Assembly: GCA_951406725.2 (NCBI GenBank)
Contig: OX597830.1
Coordinates: forward strand, 9,982,001-10,046,000
Length of the DNA: 64,000 nt
From: Octopus vulgaris
Lineage: Eukaryota
Direction of reading: 5' to 3'
The position numbers were made by a program, and so were the translations under genes. Under the pieces are notes generated by a model, which worked only from the letters and a program-made list of their open reading frames with translations, had not been told where the DNA came from and made no database searches. This document shows positions 54,423 to 64,000 of this stretch, piece after piece (positions within the stretch are counted from its first letter, which is position 1; each line of letters opens with the position of its first letter).

Positions 54423-54839
54423 AAGGCGGCGATCTGGCAGAAACGTTAGCACGCCGGGCGAAATGCGTAGCCGTATTTCGACTGCCGTTACATTCTGAGT
54501 TCAAATTCCGCCGAGGTCGACTTTGCCATTCATCCTTTCGGGGTCGATAAATTAAGTACCAGTTAAGCTCTGGGGTCGATGTAATTGACTTAATCCGTGT
54601 GTCTGTCCTTGTTTGTCCTCTCTGTGTTTAGCCCCCTGTGGGTAGTAAAGAGATAGGTATTTTGTCTTCCGTTACGTTCTGAGTTCAAATTCCGCCGAGG
54701 TCGACTTTGCCTTTCATCCTTTCGGGGTCGATTAAATAAATATTAGTTACGCGCTGGGGTCGATATAATTGACTTAATTCGTTTGTCTGTCTTTGTTTGT
54801 CCCTTCTGTGTGTAGCCCCTTGTGGGAAGTAAAGAAATA
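54423..54839 (+). mobile_element. Meta-type SINE, dimeric form, with a 16-bp TSD
   Basis: TSD AGAATATAATCGCTTT at 54407-54422 and 54840-54855; the B-box/Meta/tail block occurs twice. Confidence 0.9.
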
Positions 54840-55501
54840 AGAATATAATCGCTTTTCACATACATAAGAATATGTCTGTTTAACAGTATTATCTTCATTA
54901 ACACGCGCGCGCACACGCACACACACACGTATGAATTATGGAACACATCTCAGTGACTGGTGACAGTCCACGTGTGCAGTGCAAGGCTCCTCTTTAGTTA
55001 AATCGAATACTGTGAACTGTATTCTTTCTACTGATTTTAATATTGCTGGCGTAGAAAATAGTTGACCAAAGATTCGCTCGTTGGAACAGAACCCCAAACC
55101 ACGTGGTTGTGAACTGGATGTATTAACCACACATCCATGCCCACGCCTGCAACGTTAACTTCTCACATCAGAATATAACTCCTTTTAACATATATAACAG
55201 TTCGCCTATTTAACAGTGTAATATTCATTAACAATCATATTAAAGTTTTGCCTCTATCACAGAACAGATTTGAATGTTACCAACGTAACATTTTTGTTCT
55301 TGTTTTTTTTTTGGTCATTGTTTGTTTTTATTGATGACATTCCCAAGCATTAAATTATTCTAAATGAACCCGTTTGATTCAAACACAGTCATTTGGGTCT
55401 TACATGTAGAGGTCTGCCTGGAGTCATTTGTAAATTCACGAGACAAGTTTATCTCAACGACTCCAGTATGCATATATGCATTTTTATATATATATATATG
55501 C

Positions 55502-55536
<35 letters not shown>

Positions 55537-55650
55537 CATATATACGTACGTATATATATATATATATATATACATATATGTATATACATATATATACATA
55601 TACACATATATATATGTATATATATATATGTGTATGTATGTTTGTATGTG

Positions 55651-55729
<79 letters not shown>

Positions 55730-55733
55730 GTAT

Positions 55734-55799
<66 letters not shown>

Positions 55800-56242
55800 C
55801 CTTGATGCCACTTATCCTCCGCTATGCTTGATCGATGATTACGTCGATCGCAGACGCATTTCTAACAGGCCATTCCCTCATCGTAAACAGTAATTCTCTT
55901 TACGAAATTACAATTTCAAATTCACTTTCTCGCCGCCTCTGTTACCCAGCATCACGACGTCTCAGAACAAATATATTTTATTCTTCTTACACAATTTCAT
56001 TTCCTCTCTGTTGATTGACAGAATGCTACACACTATCTCAGGCTTACAATATTCGGCTTTCTTGAATATCAGTGGCCGCTCCTACACATCCACTGCGGGT
56101 TTCAAAGCACTTCTGTGCATTTATACTTATTTCTCGGCCACTTTATATCGTAACAAGTACAGAGTATTCGGACCTTTATCTTTTGACCTACAGATTTAGA
56201 AAATAATTTTTTGTAACTAAACACTTTCAAACTGGGGCACCA

Positions 56243-56300
<58 letters not shown>

Positions 56301-56357
56301 TGGTGCCCCAGCATGGCGCGGCCTCCAGGCTAAAATATTTTTAAGGATTTAAGGATA

Positions 56358-56389
<32 letters not shown>

Positions 56390-56395
<6 letters not shown>

Positions 56396-56616
56396 AGAAA
56401 AAACCACGTTTTATCAATTCAAAATGAAAAATTAAATTACACCATCTAGAAAATTACATATAATAGAAATATTAAATATAAAAAATATACCGATGATTAA
56501 GTAATGTGCAAAATAATAAATAAAACGTCTATATATATATATTATAATTTGTGAAATTTCATTTAGTATTTCTAAATTGAATTTTTCCCTGTAAGTTTGG
56601 AATAATATTCCCTCAA

Positions 56617-56620
<4 letters not shown>
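56390..56620. mobile_element. Degraded relative of the 10655-11105 fold-back element (outer ends only)
   Basis: TTAGAAAAAACCAC at left and CTAAATTGAATTTTTCCCTGTAAGTTTGG..ATTCCCT at right match 10665 and 11053-11092. Confidence 0.6.
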
Positions 56621-56653
<33 letters not shown>

Positions 56654-56742
56654 TATATATACACCCATATACATATATACATATATAATACACACCCGCA
56701 CACACAAATATATTTATATATATATATTCATATATACATACG

Positions 56743-56815
<73 letters not shown>

Positions 56816-56827
56816 GTACATGCTTAA

Positions 56828-57137
56828 AAGGAGTACTCCGTCGGTGACGACAACGGGGTTCCCAGCTGATACGATCAACAGAAGAGCTTGCTCATGAATT
56901 TAACGTGCAAGTGGCTGAGCAATCCACAGACACGTGTACCCCTAACGATTCAGCGAGACACAGAGTGTGACAAGGCTGGCCCTTTGAAACACTGGTACAG
57001 CTCATTTTTGTCAGCTGAGTGGACTGGAGCAACCTGAAATAAAGTATCTTGCTTAAGGACAAAATGCGTCGCCGGAAATTGAACTCACGACCTTACAATC
57101 GTGAGTCGTATGACCTAACCACAAAGCCACACGCCTT
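56828..57137 (-). mobile_element. tRNA-derived SINE, third family
   Basis: CAGCTGAGTGGACTGGAGCAAC..TCTTGCTTAAGGACA..ATTGAACTC..CCTAACCAC.AAGCCAC. Confidence 0.8.
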
Positions 57138-57390
57138 TACATACATACGTATGTGTGTGTGTGTATATATATATATGTATGTATATAATGAAAATAAGCA
57201 ACAAGTGGTAAAGCAGTACGATCGTTTCATGCAACTCCATTTAATTGAATGGAGTCCACGAAACGATCGTACTGCATTACCTCTGGATATCCTTGTTGCT
57301 TATTTTGATTGTAATCACCCCATTTTGAACTATATGATAATGCCATACCAAATTATGGTGCCTTTAACTTAAGTAGCATATTTAACTGAA

Positions 57391-57459
<69 letters not shown>

Positions 57460-57586
57460 GGAAGGGTGTATGTGTATGCGTGTGCATGTGCTTGTGTGCG
57501 TGTCTGAGAGTGTGTGTGTGTACATGTGTTTGTACGTGTGTCTGAGAGCATAAGTGCAAAAGTGTGTGTTTGCGTGCGCCTGTGTA

Positions 57587-57641
<55 letters not shown>

Positions 57642-58299
57642 CAGAGACAGAGACAGAGACAGAGAGAGATTGTATACATGTGTATGTATGTGCGTAAGCA
57701 GCTATGTGAATTTACAAATGTTAAAATTCTAAATAGCTTTCAAACAACTAGATTTTATCTTCTTTTTCTTTTTTAAGGGCCGGTGGTTTTCTCCACTTTC
57801 TTAAGGGTGTGGTAGGGACTTGAGTATGTAATTGTATACGGTTAACTGTAGATGATGTCTAAATTCCAACGAAAAGCACTTTGTTTTTTCACTTAGGAAC
57901 CAACCCTTTCTCTTTGAGAAAAAAAAAACCAAAAAAAAAAAAACCCAAGAAGCCATAAATATAAAGTCGCCCCTTATATGTGAATATAAAAAATGGGTGC
58001 GCGATTGTATCTGTGTGTACGTGTGCATGTATTTGTTTTCTCGTGTTGACGTGACCTTGGATGACATTGGACGACTTTTCGGTATGCCTTAACATAACGG
58101 CGATATATTTTACAAAGCACTGATATCTTTTGAGACGTTATGACAAATTTAGAGAGAATTCATCCCTCGTTGTCGCTATTTCGTTTTTATTTCTTTGTCA
58201 GACAGATGTTCCAAAGAGAAAACACAGTAGACAACAATTACATACTGAAGTCACGTGCCTTCTACTGTCACGGCTGCCTCCTCTCTTGAGTCTATATCG

Positions 58300-58641
<342 letters not shown>

Positions 58642-59170
58642 TACAAGACAGTGGCTCTCTTGGCTTCTGATCTTAATTTATTGTACATTGTTTTGTCTTG
58701 GTATAAAAGATGGGCTACAGCAAATATTCTGCTCAATACCACAGATTTGCTTGTCAGTTGTTTGACCTTAACCAGTTGAGCATGTCCCTTAGTGGCTGAC
58801 GATATGAGCATCTCTGATCATGAGCAGAAGTAGTGGGGGAGCATCATAGCCATGTGTTGAGAGGGATTCTTTGGGGTTTGGATAATTCAACTTTGGAAAT
58901 AGGGGTGTTTTGTTCGACATCCTTAAACAACCCTTATTCAGGGATCTTTTGAGCAGGATGGGCTACTCGAACTGAAGAAAATTCTAACTGGGCGCCACCT
59001 GTAAAGTTATGCGCTGTTTATCTTGATATGAGATCACCATGTCGCGCACATATGGTTGTGATGCATGTGCCTGGTGTACCCTTATCAGACGGGTAGAAAT
59101 GACGGGTATACTGGGCTTCGTATATTTGTAACTCAGTATCACTTTGATGGCATGCACTGCTCTCTCATTC
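58642..59170. mobile_element. Copy 4 of the (ATT)n-embedded element (inverted)
   Basis: Reverse complement of 13515-14068; (AAT)n on both sides. Confidence 0.88.
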
Positions 59171-59216
<46 letters not shown>

Positions 59217-59281
59217 TTAATAATAATAATAATAATAAGAAGAAGAAGAAGAAGAAGAAGAAGAATAGTAATAAGAATAGC

Positions 59282-59324
<43 letters not shown>

Positions 59325-59369
59325 CTAGTAGTAGTAGTAGTAGTTGTTGTTGTTGTTGTCGTTGTTGCT

Positions 59370-60650
59370 ATAAGCAGAAGGCCTGAAAATTTGGGCGGTG
59401 TGGAAGTCGTCTGTATCGCCCTACCCCTACCCCAACCACAACCACGATTAACACCAATACACTACTGGTACTTAATTTATCAACCGTGAAGAGATGAAAG
59501 GCAATTTTCAACTGAGAACGTAAAGACGGACGAAATACCGTTAAGCATTTTATGAAAGGCTGCAAGCTGGCAGAATCGTTAAAACAAGGCGGCGAGGTGG
59601 CAGAATTGTTAGCACGCCGGGCGAAATGCTTAGCGGCATTCCGTCTGCCGCTGCGCTCTGAGTTCAAATTCTGCCGAGGTCGACTTTGCCTTTCATCCTT
59701 TCGGGGTCGATAAATTAAGTACTACAGCAGGAGCGGCTGTGTGGTAAGTAGCTTGCTTGCCAACCACATGGTTCCGGGTTCAGTCCACTTGTGAGTGGAT
59801 TTGGTAGACGGAAACATGAAAGAAGCCCGTCGTATATATGTATATATATGTGTATGAATGTTTCTCCCCCCATCATCGCTTGACAACCGATGCTGATGTG
59901 TTTATGTCCCCGTCACTTAGCGGTTCGGCAAAAGAGACCGATAGAATAAGTACTGGGCTTACAAAGAATAAGTCCCGGGGTCGAGTTGCTCGACTAAAGG
60001 CGGTGCTCCAGCATGGCCGCAGTCAAATGACTGAAACAAGTAAAAGAGTAAAAGAGTAAAAGAGTACTAGTTACGCACTGGGGTCGATGTAATCGACTTA
60101 ATCCCTTTGTCTGTCCTTGTTTATCCTCTCTGTGTTTGCCCCTTGTGGGTAGTAAAGAAATAGGTATCTCGTCTGCCGCTACGTTCTGAGTTCAAATTCC
60201 GCCGTGGTCGACTTTGCCATTCATGCTTTCGGGGTCGATAAATTACGTATCAGTTAAGCACTGGGGGTCGATATAATCGACTTAATCCGTTTGACTGTCC
60301 TTGTTTGTCCCCTCTGTGTTTAGCCCCTTGTGGACAATAAAGAAACAAGAATAGTTAACACAACGGACTAAATGCTTAACGGCTTGACGTATAGATTTTA
60401 AATTCCGCCAAGGTCGCCTTTAAATTTCAACATTTTAGGGTCGATAAGCAAAGTACAATTTGAGCACTCGAGTCGATGAAATCGACTCTCTGCTCCGCCC
60501 ACTCTTTACGATCTGAGTTCAAATTCCGCCAGTGTCAACTTTCTCTTTCATCGTCCCGGCATCGATAAAATTAGTACCAGGTGGACACTGGGGTCGATGT
60601 AATCAACTTATCCTCTCCCTGAAATTGCTGGCCTTGTGCCAAAATTTGAA
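59370..60650. mobile_element. Cluster of Meta-type SINEs with a nested CORE-type SINE at 59725-60062
   Basis: Host SINE starting at 59588 is split; AGTACTA duplicated at 59718-59724 and 60063-60069. Confidence 0.85.
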
Positions 60651-60746
60651 CTCATCATTATAATTATTATTTTAGTTGTTGATGTTGTTATTTTTCTTGT
60701 GGAAGTTGTTGTTGTCGTCGTCGTCGGCATCATCATTCTTCTTCTT

Positions 60747-60842
<96 letters not shown>

Positions 60843-60843
60843 T

Positions 60844-61351
60844 AGTGAGAGAGCAGTGCATGCCATCAAAGTGACACTGGGGTAAAACATACGAAGCCCA
60901 ATATACCCATCATGACTACCCGTCTGATAAAGGTACACCAGGCACATGCATCACAACCATATGTGCGCGACATGGTGATCTCATATCAAGATAAACAGCA
61001 CATGACCTTGCAGGTGGGGCCCAGTTAGAGTTTTCTTCAGGTGAAATAGCCCATCCTGCTCAAAAGGTCCCTGAATAAGGGTTGTTTAAGGATGTTGAAA
61101 GAACCACCCATGTTTCCAGAGGTGAATTATTCAAACCCCAAAGAATCCCTCTCAACACATGGCTATGATGCTCCCCCACTACTTCTGCTCGTGATCAGAG
61201 ATGCACATATCGTCAGCCACTAAGGGACATGCTCAACTGGTTAAGGTCAAACAACTGACAAGCAAATATGTGGTATTGAGCAGAATATTTGCTGTAGCCC
61301 ATCTTTTATACCAAAACAAAACAATGTACATGATAACACTTCCAATCAGTT
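60844..61351. mobile_element. Copy 5 of the (ATT)n-embedded element
   Basis: Near-identical to 13516-14022; (ATT)n flanks. Confidence 0.9.
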
Positions 61352-61471
61352 ATTATTATTATTATTCTATGTTTGACTTTTGCTTTATGTCTGTACAAGT
61401 TGGCTCCAAGTCTCACCCAGAGACCTCAAGAGACAACAGGTTAGAAGTTCTGTGCCATATATTTGGGTTTT

Positions 61472-62522
<1,051 letters not shown>

Positions 62523-62730
62523 GGCTGTTTTCTCATTACTGCCGTTGTTTGTATTTATCTCACATTTGTTTTTTTTATTATTTGTTGATATTGTTTTGCC
62601 TATCTTTTACAATGAAAATGCCAGATTTTGCAATTGTGTAAAATTTATGACTTTTCAGACAAACACGCGCGCGCGCACACATCCACACAACACACAATGA
62701 CATCGAGATGCATACACACACACACACACG

Positions 62731-63033
62731 CACATATACGCACACATCTTCATACACACAACTACATCCACACACCCCACACACTCCCATATACAAAACA
62801 ACACCCACAGACACACAGACAGATACACAAACACATATACGCACACATCTTCATACACACAACTACATCCACACACCCCACACACTCCCATATACAAAAC
62901 AACACCCACAGACACACAGACAGATACACAAACACATATACGCACACATCTTCATACACACAACTACATCCACCCCCACCTCCTCCTCCCACATACAAAA
63001 CAACACCCACAGACACACAAACAGATACACACA
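62731..63033. repeat. 101-bp tandem repeat, 3 copies, C/A-rich
   Basis: CACATATACGCACACATCTTCATACACACAACTACATCCAC starts at 62731, 62832 and 62933. Confidence 0.92.
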
Positions 63034-63254
63034 CGCACATACACCCACACACACCCACATACACCACACTTAATCGCAAAACCATTCCTTTCGTGTCTCC
63101 GCTCTGCTCTTCTTTCAGAGCTTCTTCGCGACTGATTGTCACAAATCTTGATTTGGTCGTGCCACGACCGACTCATCGATTCCGTTCGTCCATCGATTCT
63201 CCTATTCAATCATTTGTATTCTTAACTATTCCCTCATGCTTATACTCGTACTTT

Positions 63255-63710
63255 CCTTCTTTCACTCATTCATTCATTTGTTTGCGTTTCCATTCGCTTA
63301 TTCTTTCATTCACTCATGATTTCATTTATTCATATGTTCCTTCGCTCATCGTGCATACGTGCATTCGTTCATTCACTCATTCACTTATTCGTTCATATGC
63401 TTATTCACTCATTCATCCATTCGCACATTTGCTCATTCACTCATCCATCTATTCGCACAGTGACTCAATCGTTTTTCATTTGCTCATTCTTTCAATCGTT
63501 CTTTTGCTCATTCATTAATTTAGGAATTCACACATTCGCTCATTCATTCATTTGCTCATTCGCTCATTAATATATTCGCACATTCACTCATTCATTCATT
63601 CACCGCTCATTCTATCAATGATCCATTCGTTCATTAGCGCATTCATTCTGTTGTTTTTTTTTATTCATGCATCCATACACTTAGTAGTTCATTCACTCCT
63701 TCATTTATCC
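63255..63710. repeat. Degenerate (TTCA)n satellite
   Basis: Recurrent CATT/TTCA/CTCA units. Confidence 0.85.
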
Positions 63711-64000
63711 AGCCAAACTTACTGTCTGAAATAAATGAACACCTTTTATCCAGCCATACATTACTGCCTGAAATGAATGAAAAACCCACCCTACCCCTAT
63801 AGTCGTAGACAACGTGGTCTAAGGTTTATGACGTTCGAATCGGGCTCCTGACGTTGAGACTTGTTCGAACCCGCTAGAAATCCTTTGAATGCATATTGTT
63901 AAGCAGAAAATTCATAGCACCCGCTAGCGAGACTGTTCGTTACATGCATTTCGGAGTGGTTATTTCCTCTTCAGCAACAGAGACCGGTAAGTCAGGCGCA

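Noticed and set aside
62628-63518. 296-aa H/T-rich ORF
   Set aside because: Made of the 101-bp tandem repeat and (TTCA)n

Overview
AT-rich, repeat-dominated eukaryotic intronic or intergenic DNA. The SINE repertoire and the very high (TA)n/(ATT)n/(GATA)n density point to a cephalopod, probably Octopus (inference). Nearly all ORFs in the supplied track are microsatellite artefacts. Real protein-coding traces are transposon relics: a 5'-truncated CR1/L2-group LINE reverse transcriptase (31136-32290, minus), several R4/Dong-type LINE 3' ends with a restriction-like endonuclease, RTE fragments and two Tc1/mariner relics. There is also one candidate host signal-peptide exon (6684-6738, minus). Other elements are a Helitron-type element with canonical termini, a pogo/Tigger-type MITE, three tRNA-SINE families and five copies of a ~555-bp element found only inside (ATT)n tracts. 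The main finding is a set of short non-coding islands inserted in (TA)n tracts, often as 130-490 bp fold-back palindromes. They carry type I hammerhead-ribozyme folds: 12 complete or near-complete motifs from 8 unrelated sequence families, plus half-motifs. These show recurrent core variants (CCGANGA, CUGUAGA) and palindromic stem III. The pattern fits Penelope-like-element pLTR relics or non-autonomous retrozyme-like derivatives. All calls were made by eye, without database searches or folding software.
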